A stretch of DNA of 64,000 bases, taken from the NCBI GenBank assembly GCA_021811085.1, contig JAJZPQ010000008.1, positions 18,498-82,497 of the forward strand. The letters run 5' to 3'. Made by a program: the position numbers and the translations under genes. This DNA is from Pseudomonadota bacterium (GTDB lineage Bacteria > Pseudomonadota > Gammaproteobacteria > Burkholderiales > SG8-39). Below, one piece after another: positions 23,311 to 32,122 of the stretch (positions are counted from its first letter, which is position 1; each line of letters starts with the position of its first letter). Under the pieces are notes generated by a model. That model saw only the letters and a list, made by a program, of their open reading frames with translations. It did no database searches and was not told the DNA's origin.

Positions 23311-23919
23311 GTGTTGCAGATCGTCTGTCTTGATTTGGAAGGCGTGCTGATTCCAGAAATCTGGATCGAGTTTGCCGAGCGCAGCGGCATTCCGGAACTC
23401 GCGAAAACCACGCGCGACGAGCCCGATTACGACAAGCTCATGCGCGGGCGCATCGACATCCTCGCCGCGCGCGGGCTCGGCCTGCCGGATATCCAGGAGG
23501 TGATCGCGGGCATGCGCCCGCTCGCCGGCGCGCGCGAGTTCCTCGACTGGCTGCGCCGGGAATATCAGGTGGTGATCCTGTCGGATACCTATTACCAGTT
23601 CGCGGCGCCGCTGATGCGAGCGCTCGGTTATCCGACGCTGTTCTGCCACGAGCTGCTGGTCGAGCCGGGCGGCCGCGTGAGCGACTACCGCCTGCGCATG
23701 AAGGACCAGAAACGCGCATCGGTGCAGGCGTTCAAGCAGCTCAATTTCCGCACCATCGCCGCCGGCGATTCGTACAACGACACCAGCATGCTGGCCGAGG
23801 CCGATGCGGGCATTTTGTTCTGCCCGCCCGACAACGTGGCAGCGGAGTTTCCGCAGTTTCCGGTGACGCGCGACTACGGCGAGCTGCGCCGCGCGATCGA
23901 GGGCGCAAGCGCAGGCTGA
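23311..23919 (+). CDS. thrH: HAD-family phosphoserine phosphatase / homoserine phosphotransferase (ThrH-like)
   Basis: 202 aa with a GTG start. It has the HAD motif I CLDLEGVL, then VILSDT and GDSYNDTSML. The overall sequence is close to what I recall of Pseudomonas ThrH. Confidence 0.78.
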   Translation: MLQIVCLDLEGVLIPEIWIEFAERSGIPELAKTTRDEPDYDKLMRGRIDILAARGLGLPDIQEVIAGMRPLAGAREFLDWLRREYQVVILSDTYYQFAAPLMRALGYPTLFCHELLVEPGGRVSDYRLRMKDQKRASVQAFKQLNFRTIAAGDSYNDTSMLAEADAGILFCPPDNVAAEFPQFPVTRDYGELRRAIEGASAG

Positions 23920-23938
23920 AGCGCGTATTCTGTTGCTA

Positions 23939-24146
23939 GGGTCTGTTGACATTCACCGCAGGCGCCGCATTCGGAGGCAAGCCGAAGCGACAGGGGATAA
24001 TTTAGGCGCAGCGCGGCGTTGTTCGTCGCTTGTTTGGAATAACCAAACGGCGTGGGTTGGTGCCCCTCCGCCCCAACACTGGCGCGCCTTGCGCCGCAGG
24101 CAAAATTACTCCCGTCGCGTTCATGTGATGAATGTCAACAGACCCT
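23939..24146. repeat. 208-bp intergenic element bounded by perfect 18-bp inverted repeats
   Basis: AGGGTCTGTTGACATTCA at 23939-23956 is the exact reverse complement of 24129-24146. There is an internal hairpin around TTGTTTGG-AATAA-CCAAACGG. It lies between thrH and the Pat-like gene. Confidence 0.6.
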
Positions 24147-24176
24147 GGCGCGCGAGTGCAAGAATCAGGAGCGCAT

Positions 24177-26993
24177 ATGAGCGACTTGGATAAAAAGAGC
24201 AGCAAGAAATCCGCAACGGTCAAGCCGGCCGACATCGCCGACCGCGCGCTGGACGTGCTGCATTTCGAGCGCGACGCGCTGCGCGCGATATTTTCGCCGA
24301 AAAGCATCGCCGTGATCGGCGCGACCGAGCAGGAGGGCAGGGTCGGGCGCACCGTGCTGTGGAACCTGATCAGCAATCCGTTCGGCGGCACGGTCTATCC
24401 GATCAACAAGCGCCACCATCACGTGCTCGGCATCAAAGCCTACGCGAGCGTGGGCGAGGTGCCGGAGCAGGTCGACCTCGCGGTTATCGTCACGCCTGCG
24501 GCGACGGTGCCCGATATCGTCGCCGAGTGCGTCGCCGCCGGAGTGAAAGGCGCGATCATCATTTCCGCCGGCTTCAAGGAGGCGGGCGCGGCCGGCGTGG
24601 AACTCGAGCGCCGCATTACCGACCAGGCGCGCGGCAAGATGCGCCTGATCGGCCCGAACTGCCTCGGCGTGATGCGCCCGCGCACGCACCTCAACGCCAC
24701 GTTCGCCAGCGCGATGGCGCGCCCGGGCAGCGTCGGTTTCATCAGCCAGAGCGGCGCGCTGCTGACCGCGGTGCTCGACTGGAGTTTCCGCGAGAACGTC
24801 GGCTTTTCCGCCTGCGTCTCGGTCGGCTCCATGCTCGACGTCGACTGGGGCGACCTGATCAATTATCTCGGCGACGATCCGCACACGCACAGCATCATGA
24901 TTTACATGGAATCCATAGGCGATGCGCGCTCGTTCATCTCGGCCGCACGCGAAGTCGCGCTGACGAAACCGATCATCGTGATCAAGGCCGGGCGCACTGC
25001 GGCCGCGGCGAAGGCCGCGGCCTCGCATACCGGCGCGCTCGCCGGCAGCGACGACGTGCTCGACGCGGTGTTCCGCCGCTGCGGCGTGCTGCGCGTGAAT
25101 TCCATCGCCGATCTGTTCTACATGGCCGAAGTGCTGGCGAAGCAGCCGCGTCCGTCGGGCCCGCGCCTGACCATCGTCACCAATGCTGGCGGGCCGGGCG
25201 TGCTCGCGACCGACACGCTCATCGCCATGGGCGGAGAACTGGCGGAGCTGTCGGCGGAGTCGCTGGCGGCGCTGAACCAGGTGCTGCCGCCGCACTGGAG
25301 CCACGGCAACCCGATCGATATTCTCGGCGACGCCGATCCGGAGCGCTACGCGCAGGCGCTCGCGATCGCGGCCAAGGACCCGAACAGCGACGGCTTGCTG
25401 GTGGCGCTCACGCCGCAGGCGATGACCGATCCGACCGAGACCGCGCGCGGCATGATTCCGTTCGCGATGACGCGCGGCAAGCCCGTGCTCGCAAGCTGGA
25501 TGGGCGGCAAGGACGTGGTCGCGGGCGAGGCGATCCTGAACCAGGCGAACATACCGACGTTCGGCTATCCCGATACCGCGGCGCGCATTTTCACCCTGAT
25601 GTGGCGCTATGCCTACAATCTGCGCGGCCTGTACGAAACGCCGACGCTGGTCGCGCCCGCGGCGCAAGCCGCATCGGAGCGCGCGCGGGTGCCCGAGCTC
25701 ATCGCCGCCGCGCGCGCAAGCGGACGCACGCTGCTGTCGGAATTCGAGTCGAAGCAGGTGCTCGCGGCCTACGGCATCCCGACCGTGCCTACGCGCATTG
25801 CCGCGAGCGTAGACGAAGCGGTCAAGTGCGCCACCGCCATCGGCTATCCGGTGGTGCTGAAGCTGCATTCGCATACGATCACGCACAAGACCGACGTCGG
25901 CGGCGTGCAGCTCAATATTGCCGATGCCGAAGCGGTGCGGCGCGCTTATCGCACGATCGAGTCCGGCGCCATCGAAGCCGCGGCCAAGGCGGCTTCGCCG
26001 TCGTGGCCGCGCGGCGCCAAGCACTTCCTCGGCGTGGCGGTGCAGCCCATGGTCAAGCTCGAAGGCTACGAGCTGATCGTCGGCAGCAGCATCGATGCGC
26101 AGTTCGGCCCGGTGCTGCTGTTCGGCGCGGGCGGGCAGCTGGTGGAGGTGTTCCGCGACCGCGCCCTCGCGCTGCCGCCGCTCAATACCACGCTCGCGCG
26201 GCGCATGATGGAGCAAACGACGATTCACAAGGCGCTGCTCGGCGTGCGCGGGCGCGCGCCGGTCGACCTCGCCGCGCTCGCGGGATTGATGGTGCAGTTC
26301 AGCCAGCTGGTGGTGGAGCAGCGCTGGATCAAGGAAATCGACATCAATCCGCTGCTCGCCGGCCCCGGCGATGCGGGCATTATCGCGCTCGATGCGCGCG
26401 TGGTGCTGCACGGCGCCGAAGTCACCGAGGAGCAATTGCCGCGCCTCGCGATCCGACCCTACCCGGCGCGCTACGCTTCGGACTGGACCTCGAAGACGGG
26501 CATGGCGGTCTGCATCCGTCCGATCCGCCCGGAAGACGAGCCGCTGATGGTGCAGTTCCATGCGACGCTGTCGGAGGAAAGCGTGTACATGCGCTATTTC
26601 CACTACATCCAGTACAACCAGCGCGTCGCGCACGAACGGCTCACGCGCCTGTGCTTCATCGATTACGAGCGCGAGATGGCGCTGGTGGTCGAGCGCAAGG
26701 ACCCGAAGACCGGCGAGCGCGCGATACTCGCGATCGGGCGCCTGAGCAAACTGCACCAGTCCACGGAGGCCGAGTTCGCGATTCTGGTCAGCGACGCCTA
26801 TCATGGGCACGGTTTTGGCGGCGAGCTGCTGCGCCGGCTGGTGCAGATCGGGCGCGACGAGAAACTGCAGCGCATCGTCGCCTCCATCCTCGCCGACAAC
26901 GTCGCCATGCAGCGCGTCTCGCGCAAATGCGGCTTCAAGCTGAAGCGGGCCGATTCTGAATTCCGCGCCGAGCTGGATCTGACCAAGCCCTAG
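24177..26993 (+). CDS. Bifunctional ADP-forming acyl-CoA synthetase-like / GNAT acetyltransferase (Pat-type protein acetyltransferase)
   Basis: ORF 24132-26993; the probable start is ATG 24177 (MSDLDKKSS...). Domain order is CoA-binding and succinyl-CoA-synthetase-like, then ATP-grasp, then a C-terminal GNAT domain ([21 protein letters not shown]). Confidence 0.85.
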   Translation: MSDLDKKSSKKSATVKPADIADRALDVLHFERDALRAIFSPKSIAVIGATEQEGRVGRTVLWNLISNPFGGTVYPINKRHHHVLGIKAYASVGEVPEQVDLAVIVTPAATVPDIVAECVAAGVKGAIIISAGFKEAGAAGVELERRITDQARGKMRLIGPNCLGVMRPRTHLNATFASAMARPGSVGFISQSGALLTAVLDWSFRENVGFSACVSVGSMLDVDWGDLINYLGDDPHTHSIMIYMESIGDARSFISAAREVALTKPIIVIKAGRTAAAAKAAASHTGALAGSDDVLDAVFRRCGVLRVNSIADLFYMAEVLAKQPRPSGPRLTIVTNAGGPGVLATDTLIAMGGELAELSAESLAALNQVLPPHWSHGNPIDILGDADPERYAQALAIAAKDPNSDGLLVALTPQAMTDPTETARGMIPFAMTRGKPVLASWMGGKDVVAGEAILNQANIPTFGYPDTAARIFTLMWRYAYNLRGLYETPTLVAPAAQAASERARVPELIAAARASGRTLLSEFESKQVLAAYGIPTVPTRIAASVDEAVKCATAIGYPVVLKLHSHTITHKTDVGGVQLNIADAEAVRRAYRTIESGAIEAAAKAASPSWPRGAKHFLGVAVQPMVKLEGYELIVGSSIDAQFGPVLLFGAGGQLVEVFRDRALALPPLNTTLARRMMEQTTIHKALLGVRGRAPVDLAALAGLMVQFSQLVVEQRWIKEIDINPLLAGPGDAGIIALDARVVLHGAEVTEEQLPRLAIRPYPARYASDWTSKTGMAVCIRPIRPEDEPLMVQFHATLSEESVYMRYFHYIQYNQRVAHERLTRLCFIDYEREMALVVERKDPKTGERAILAIGRLSKLHQSTEAEFAILVSDAYHGHGFGGELLRRLVQIGRDEKLQRIVASILADNVAMQRVSRKCGFKLKRADSEFRAELDLTKP

Positions 26994-27010
26994 CCAACGC
27001 AAGTCGAATC

Positions 27011-27211
27011 ATGGAAGCCAGACTGAACGAGCTCGAGGCGAAACTGAGCCTTGCCGAAGACCTGCTCGACGCGCTCAACCGCACCGTGTACCGCCAGCAG
27101 CAGCAGATCGACCAGTTGCAGCAGGACATACGCGCGCTGCGCCAGCAGCTGCAGGAAGCCGCTCCGGCCGAGCCGGGTAGCCCCGGCAACGAGATCCCGC
27201 CGCACTACTGA
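27011..27211 (+). CDS. slyX: SlyX-family coiled-coil protein
   Basis: 66 aa: MEARLNELEAKLSLAEDLLDALNRTVYRQQQQIDQLQQDIRALRQQL, a typical SlyX pattern. Confidence 0.8.
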   Translation: MEARLNELEAKLSLAEDLLDALNRTVYRQQQQIDQLQQDIRALRQQLQEAAPAEPGSPGNEIPPHY

Positions 27212-27221
27212 ACGCGCTGCG

Positions 27222-27554
27222 TCAGCCGGTGCTCCAGACACGCGGCTTTATCATGCCCGCGATCTTGCAGGCCTGTTGCACATATCCGTATGGAAACAGC
27301 TGGAACAACTGTTCTTTGGCTACTTTCTTGTCCAGACCCTGATTGCTGCTGAGAAACCCGACCACGTGGCGGACATCCGGGGCCACCTGATGCTCGCGCC
27401 AATATTCGCGCATGAAGCGCAGGACCGTCCAATACGGGTCGGTGAGTTCCAGTTTTTCTTCTGCCGCCAGTTCGCGCGCTATCTCGTCGTCCCAGCTCTC
27501 GGGGTTGACCAGATAGCCCTCAAGATCCCGTTCTACCGATATTTCCGTACTCAT
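27222..27554 (-). CDS. DsrC/TusE-family protein, CysB-only paralog (lacks the C-terminal CysA)
   Basis: 110 aa with the DsrC fold signature (LTDPYWTVLRFMREYW..., LFPYGYVQQACKIAG). It ends ...MIKPRVWSTG instead of ...PTGC(V/I). Confidence 0.85.
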   Translation of the reverse strand: MSTEISVERDLEGYLVNPESWDDEIARELAAEEKLELTDPYWTVLRFMREYWREHQVAPDVRHVVGFLSSNQGLDKKVAKEQLFQLFPYGYVQQACKIAGMIKPRVWSTG

Positions 27555-27640
27555 GCTGACTCCCTAAGCATACTGGCTCGCCCGCGGCGCTGAAGAATTT
27601 TGGTCGCCAAGACTAGCTAGAAATATAAATAGCAGTCAAG

Positions 27641-27676
27641 CGATATTATTTTGTAGATAATATCGAATTATTCGAT
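27641..27676. promoter_or_regulatory. Two overlapping AT-rich dyads (candidate LysR-type operator) in a divergent promoter region
   Basis: CGATATTAT-TTTGTAG-ATAATATCG (27641-27665; 9-bp arms, contains a T-N11-A core) overlaps ATCGAAT-T-ATTCGAT (27662-27676). The site is 20 nt upstream of the lysR start and 87 nt from the DsrC-paralog start. Confidence 0.45.
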
Positions 27677-27695
27677 ACATCAGGGATGGTCAGGT

Positions 27696-28538
27696 ATGGA
27701 TGTCGACCAGGCGCGTACGTTCTTGGCCATCACCGCCTATGGCAGCTTTCTCGAAGCCGCGCGACATCTGCATCTGACGCAATCCACGGTGAGTGCGCGC
27801 ATCCAGCGCCTGGAGGAAGAGTTGGGGGTGCGCCTGTTTGTGCGCAATCGCGCCGGAGCCATTCTCACCATAGGCGGGCGACGCTACGCCGAGTACGCCA
27901 AACGCCTGGTCTTGACGGCCGAGCAGGCTCGCCACCATGTGGGCCTGCCCAGCCGCTATCGCGCGACGCTTGGGGTCGGCGGGCGCATTGCACTTTGGGA
28001 AGGCCTGCTGCCTTCCTGGGTGCGCTGGATGCGTCGGCAGGCAACCGACGTGGCCATTCGCGGCGAGATCGGTTTCGAGGAGGACCTGATGCATCGCCTG
28101 ATCGAGGGCACGCTGGATATCGGCCTGATGTACAGCCCCACTCACAGCCCGGGCCTAGTCGTCGAACATCTGTTCGACGAGACGCTGCTGCTGGTGAGCA
28201 GCCGCTCGGGCGATACCCATCCCGGTGACGATTACATTTATGTGGAATGGGGGCCGGCGTTCGACATCCAGCACACCCAAAGCTATCCCGATCTTGAGCC
28301 GCCGCCGCAGGTCGTCAGCGTCGGCTGGCTGGGCGTGCAGCTCATGCTGACCAACGGCGGCGCCTGTTATTTGCCTGCGCGCATGGCCGAGCCGCTGATC
28401 GCCGCCGGGCGCCTGTATGCGGTGGCGGACGCGCCCCGCTATCCGCACCCGACTTACATGGTCTACCCGAAGGATCTGGATAATCCGGTCATGCCACTGG
28501 CGCTGGAAGGGCTGCGGTCCCTGGCCCGTTCGACCTGA
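27696..28538 (+). CDS. LysR-family transcriptional regulator
   Basis: 280 aa with an N-terminal wHTH (MDVDQARTFLAITAYGSFLEAARHLHLTQSTVSARIQRLEEELGVRLFVR) and a substrate-binding domain. Confidence 0.9.
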   Translation: MDVDQARTFLAITAYGSFLEAARHLHLTQSTVSARIQRLEEELGVRLFVRNRAGAILTIGGRRYAEYAKRLVLTAEQARHHVGLPSRYRATLGVGGRIALWEGLLPSWVRWMRRQATDVAIRGEIGFEEDLMHRLIEGTLDIGLMYSPTHSPGLVVEHLFDETLLLVSSRSGDTHPGDDYIYVEWGPAFDIQHTQSYPDLEPPPQVVSVGWLGVQLMLTNGGACYLPARMAEPLIAAGRLYAVADAPRYPHPTYMVYPKDLDNPVMPLALEGLRSLARST

Positions 28539-28613
28539 TCCCGGTCAATCTGCAAACGGATCAGTCTCGACGGCAGCCGATGCATGGATGGCGAGCCGGC
28601 GCCTACGCCGATC

Positions 28614-29228
28614 TCATGCCCCGGCTGGCTCGTCGCCGCGCGCCAGTCGTGGATACTCGCCCGCCAATACCGGCCCGTCCTTGCGCCAGGCATGGCAGCC
28701 GTCAACGAACGCGAGCGTGCCCTGGTCGGGCCACCGGCGCGGGTCTGCGCCATGCAGCTTTTGCCGCGCGAGGCGGTCGGGATAGGAGGCCTGCATGTAG
28801 GTGTTGCCGACCTGGCCCAGCAGGTCGGTCAAGTGCGTGCAGCCCAGCCTGCCGCCGAGGATCTCCCTTACGGCGCGCGTGAAGCCGGGGCCGATGCGCA
28901 GCCCAATCAGCTTGCGATAATCGGCGGCGATATCGGTGCATACCGCCCACGGCGCCGCCAGCGTCTTCGCCGCCACGTCACGGATCTGATAGTCGTCGTC
29001 GATGAGGACGCAGAGCGAAAAATGATGGATCAGTTCGCCCGGCAACACCGCAGGCCGAGAACTGAACGGCACCGCCTGCCCCTTCTCGTCGGCGACGCTG
29101 GCCTCGATCTGCCACAACCCGTCCCGGCGCCGGTAGCCGCGGCAGGTGATCTGCCGCGTATGCACCAGTTCCTTGTCCACGTCCTGTTCGATCGACATCG
29201 ATTGGTCCTTGTCAGCCTCGCTATTCAT
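28614..29228 (-). CDS. Hypothetical protein, possibly DUF2889 family
   Basis: 204 aa with the motif GCTHLTDLLGQV. The family assignment is from memory only. Its start overlaps the upstream cupin gene stop (ATGA). Confidence 0.5.
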   Translation of the reverse strand: MNSEADKDQSMSIEQDVDKELVHTRQITCRGYRRRDGLWQIEASVADEKGQAVPFSSRPAVLPGELIHHFSLCVLIDDDYQIRDVAAKTLAAPWAVCTDIAADYRKLIGLRIGPGFTRAVREILGGRLGCTHLTDLLGQVGNTYMQASYPDRLARQKLHGADPRRWPDQGTLAFVDGCHAWRKDGPVLAGEYPRLARGDEPAGA

Positions 29229-29752
29229 TGCGCCTGCCGCCGCGCCGCACTCAGGGGCATAAAGTCTGCGCCGATCGCGCCGACCTTGACGTAGATGAGC
29301 GCGCCTTCCGCGCCGGTGTAGGGCGTGTGGCGGCTGCCGCGCGGACTGCGCAGCCAGGTACCAGCGGCATACTCGCCCAGTTCATCGCGGAACACGCCTT
29401 CGAGCACCAGAATTTCCTCACCGCCCGGATGCGTGTGCGTATTGAAGCGCGTTTGCGGCGCCCAGCGCACCAGCGCCGTGCTCACGCCCTCGTGCTCGTG
29501 CAGCGGCATCACCGATAGACCCGGGACCAGGCCCGGGTGCCAGGACGCTTTCGACGTATCGATGCGCACCGGCGCGAGATCGTCCGCTGCGAATTGCCAC
29601 AGTTTGACGAACAGGGTGCAGCCGCCGCGCGCGACCTCTATGCCGATGCGGTCGAGCATGCGCCGCTCCACGCCCGGCAACGGCGACGGCGTCCAGACCG
29701 CATCGCGCGCGCTTTGCACCACGCGCTGATCGAAATCGCTGTTCAAGTTCAT
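29225..29752 (-). CDS. Cupin-domain protein (ChrR-like cupin)
   Basis: Lower part of ORF 29225-30295; the start is ATG 29752 (MNLNSDFDQRVV...). It has the cupin motifs HTHPGGEEILVLEG and RHTPY. 175 aa. Confidence 0.65.
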   Translation of the reverse strand: MNLNSDFDQRVVQSARDAVWTPSPLPGVERRMLDRIGIEVARGGCTLFVKLWQFAADDLAPVRIDTSKASWHPGLVPGLSVMPLHEHEGVSTALVRWAPQTRFNTHTHPGGEEILVLEGVFRDELGEYAAGTWLRSPRGSRHTPYTGAEGALIYVKVGAIGADFMPLSAARRQAQ

Positions 29753-29814
29753 TGCGGGAATGGGTACAGCAAGATGGACTCCATCGCAGCAGCGGCCGGA
29801 AGGGGGCGCGCTTC

Positions 29815-30465
29815 CTAAACGGCGAGTTGCCGCCTGCGTTCGATCGCGGTTGCGGCGAACAGCGCCTGCGCGGCCCAGTAAGTCTGGATGATTGCAAACG
29901 CCGCTCCGGGCAGAGGCTGGGCGAAGCGGTGGATCCCGATCAGCGTGTCGGAAAAGCCGAACAGCAGCGCGCCCGCCAGCGGACCCCAGCGCAGCAACGG
30001 GCTTGCGCGCGATGCCAGCGCGCAGGCGGCCGCGCGCCAGATCATCGCGGCGATGACGAGCACGTATACGACCAAAGGCAGCGCGAGCGCGCCGGCGCCG
30101 GGCAGCATCAGCCACAGGCCGGCAGCGGCGTAAAGCAATACGGGCGCGAGCAGCATCGGCGCCGGCGTGCGGTTCCATTGCCAGAATGCGGCGACATAGA
30201 GGCCGTGGCCGATGGCGAATGCGATCATGCCGGGCAGGAAGGCATGGGGCAGCGCGAGGCACACATCGCCCACCGCGCCAGCGAGCAGGCCCCACGCGAT
30301 CTTGCGTCCGGCGCCGGGGCCGGCTCGGCTCCAGACCGCAGCGGCGAGCGCGAGCACGAGCCAGGGTTTGGCGAGCAGCTTGAGCCAGAACAGGTCGAGC
30401 GCGAGCCCGACCAGGTAAAGGCAGGCGGCGAGTGCGGCGCAGACGAGGAGCAGGACGGGCTTCAT
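29815..30465 (-). CDS. YhhN-family membrane protein (lysoplasmalogenase-like)
   Basis: Lower part of ORF 29815-30978; the start is ATG 30465 (MKPVLLLVCAALAACLYLV...). 216 aa, multi-TM, with YhhN-like GDxxL and FxxSD motifs (VGDVCLAL, FGFSDTLI). Confidence 0.7.
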   Translation of the reverse strand: MKPVLLLVCAALAACLYLVGLALDLFWLKLLAKPWLVLALAAAVWSRAGPGAGRKIAWGLLAGAVGDVCLALPHAFLPGMIAFAIGHGLYVAAFWQWNRTPAPMLLAPVLLYAAAGLWLMLPGAGALALPLVVYVLVIAAMIWRAAACALASRASPLLRWGPLAGALLFGFSDTLIGIHRFAQPLPGAAFAIIQTYWAAQALFAATAIERRRQLAV

Positions 30466-30545
30466 GTTTTGCCGAAGTGTACCTGCACCAGGCGCAGGCG
30501 GCTCAGCCCGGGTCGCGCGCGCACTCGCGTGACGCGCGATGCGGC

Positions 30546-31457
30546 TTATTTCTTGACGACCTTGACCGCGATGTCCTGCAGCTTCTTCGGCTGGATGATA
30601 TGGCCGTCGAGACCGGCTTCCTTGAGCGTGCCGCCGTAGGCGACCGAAAGGAGCTGGCTGTAATACACCACCGGCATGTTGAGCTTGGTGCCCTGCTTTC
30701 TGTTGATCTCGGACTGGTAGACCTCGACGTTGGCCTGGCACAGCGGGCAGGGGGTGCAGATCACGTCCGCGCCGTGATCGTAGGCCGACTCGACGATGTT
30801 CTTGATCTGCTTCTCCGCCTTTTCCGGCTCGCAGAACGCGAGCGAACCGCCGCAGCAGCTGACCTTTTCCTCGTACTTGGCGATGGATTCGCCACCCACG
30901 GTATCGATCAGCTTGTCGAGGTACATGGGATTTTCGAACGATTCGCCGGCGATCCCGAACGGGCGGTTGGTCTGGCAACCGACGTAACCCGCGACCTTGA
31001 CGCCGTCGAGCGGTTTCACCACCGGTTTGCCCAGTTCCTCGTAGCCGAGGTCTTCGACCAGCACCTCGACCATGTGGCGGATCTCGGTGCCGGGCTTGTA
31101 TTGCAGGCCCGCTTCCTTCAGCGCTTCGTTGGTGTCGGCCAGCAACTGGCTCGAGGCGTCGAGCTTCTCGATGGTTTCACGCCCACCCAGCCAGCAGGCC
31201 GCGCAGGTGGCGACGATGTCCTGGCCCGGCAGGTGCTTGTCCGACAGTGCGAAATTGCGCGCCGAGAGTACATGGCGCGCGAGTTCGCTCGAGCCGGCGT
31301 AGCTGATCGAAGCGCCGCAGCAGTTCCAGTCCGGGATCTGCGTCATCTTGACGTCGAGCTTCTCGCACATCGATTCGACCGACACCAGGTAATTGGCGGC
31401 CGAGCCGCGCAGTTGCGAGGAGCAGCCGGGGTAGAACGCGTATTCTCTTTTTGCCAT
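30546..31457 (-). CDS. hdrB: Heterodisulfide reductase subunit B-like protein (two CCG domains)
   Basis: 303 aa with CCG motifs DWNCCGAS and VSCCGGS. It is the last gene of the qmoA-qmoB-hdrC-hdrB string. Confidence 0.85.
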   Translation of the reverse strand: MAKREYAFYPGCSSQLRGSAANYLVSVESMCEKLDVKMTQIPDWNCCGASISYAGSSELARHVLSARNFALSDKHLPGQDIVATCAACWLGGRETIEKLDASSQLLADTNEALKEAGLQYKPGTEIRHMVEVLVEDLGYEELGKPVVKPLDGVKVAGYVGCQTNRPFGIAGESFENPMYLDKLIDTVGGESIAKYEEKVSCCGGSLAFCEPEKAEKQIKNIVESAYDHGADVICTPCPLCQANVEVYQSEINRKQGTKLNMPVVYYSQLLSVAYGGTLKEAGLDGHIIQPKKLQDIAVKVVKK

Positions 31458-31475
31458 CGTCTTCCAGTCCTTAAA

Positions 31476-32120
31476 TCAGCTGCTGTAACCGCGCGGCTGC
31501 ACTGCGTAGCCGCGCCGGCGGGCTTCGATCTCATCGGCCTTTTTCAGCGCGCGCCGCAGGCCGTCCTTGTCCTTGCAGCCATGGCTCACGAACAGCTCCA
31601 GCGGGTTCAGGCGCTTGGCAAAGAACAGCCCGCGCCCGATATTGCGCAGCGTCCACATTTTCTTGATGCCGGAAACGAAGCCTTCGCGGAAGTAGACACT
31701 GATCGTCATCTTGAGTTCGTTCACGCGTCCGGTCTTGGTGCAGTTCTCCCAGAAAATCATGGAGAAGTCGCGTGTCGGCTGGTTCTTCGGCGCCAGGCCC
31801 AGGCGGTGCGCGTAGCTCGCGAGGCCATGCATGATATGGGTGATCGGCAGCTTGCGCGGGCAGCGCACCATGCAGTTGTAGCACGACGTGCATAACCACA
31901 TCGAATGCGAAGTCAGGACTTCCTCGCGCTTGCCGGCGCGGATCATCATGAAGATCTTCTGCGGCGTGTGCTCCCAATCCGGGCCGAAGGTGCAGGAGCC
32001 GGCGCATACGCCGCACTGCATGCACATTTTCACCCAGTCGCCGTCGTCGACTTTTTCCTCGACTTCGCGCAGGAAATTGTTGCGGTACTTGTCCAGCATC
32101 TGCGTGTTCAGGTCGCCCAT
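31476..32120 (-). CDS. hdrC: Heterodisulfide reductase subunit C-like 2x[4Fe-4S] protein
   Basis: Lower part of ORF 31476-32741; the start is ATG 32120 (MGDLNTQMLDKYRNNFLREV...). Cluster motifs are CMQCGVCAGSC and CTSCYNCMVRCP. It starts 2 nt after the qmoB stop. Confidence 0.85.
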   Translation of the reverse strand: MGDLNTQMLDKYRNNFLREVEEKVDDGDWVKMCMQCGVCAGSCTFGPDWEHTPQKIFMMIRAGKREEVLTSHSMWLCTSCYNCMVRCPRKLPITHIMHGLASYAHRLGLAPKNQPTRDFSMIFWENCTKTGRVNELKMTISVYFREGFVSGIKKMWTLRNIGRGLFFAKRLNPLELFVSHGCKDKDGLRRALKKADEIEARRRGYAVQPRGYSS

Positions 32121-32122
32121 GG

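Noticed and set aside
24165-27002. A 945-aa minus-strand ORF and an 866-aa alternative plus-frame ORF over the Pat-like gene.
   Set aside because: Only the 24177-26993 frame gives CoA-ligase, ATP-grasp and GNAT motifs. The others are Arg-rich shadows.
29753-30978. Upstream extensions of the cupin ORF (to 30295) and the YhhN ORF (to 30978).
   Set aside because: The extensions overlap neighbouring genes out of frame and are Arg/Pro/Ala-rich. Internal ATGs at 29752 and 30465 give sensible N-termini.
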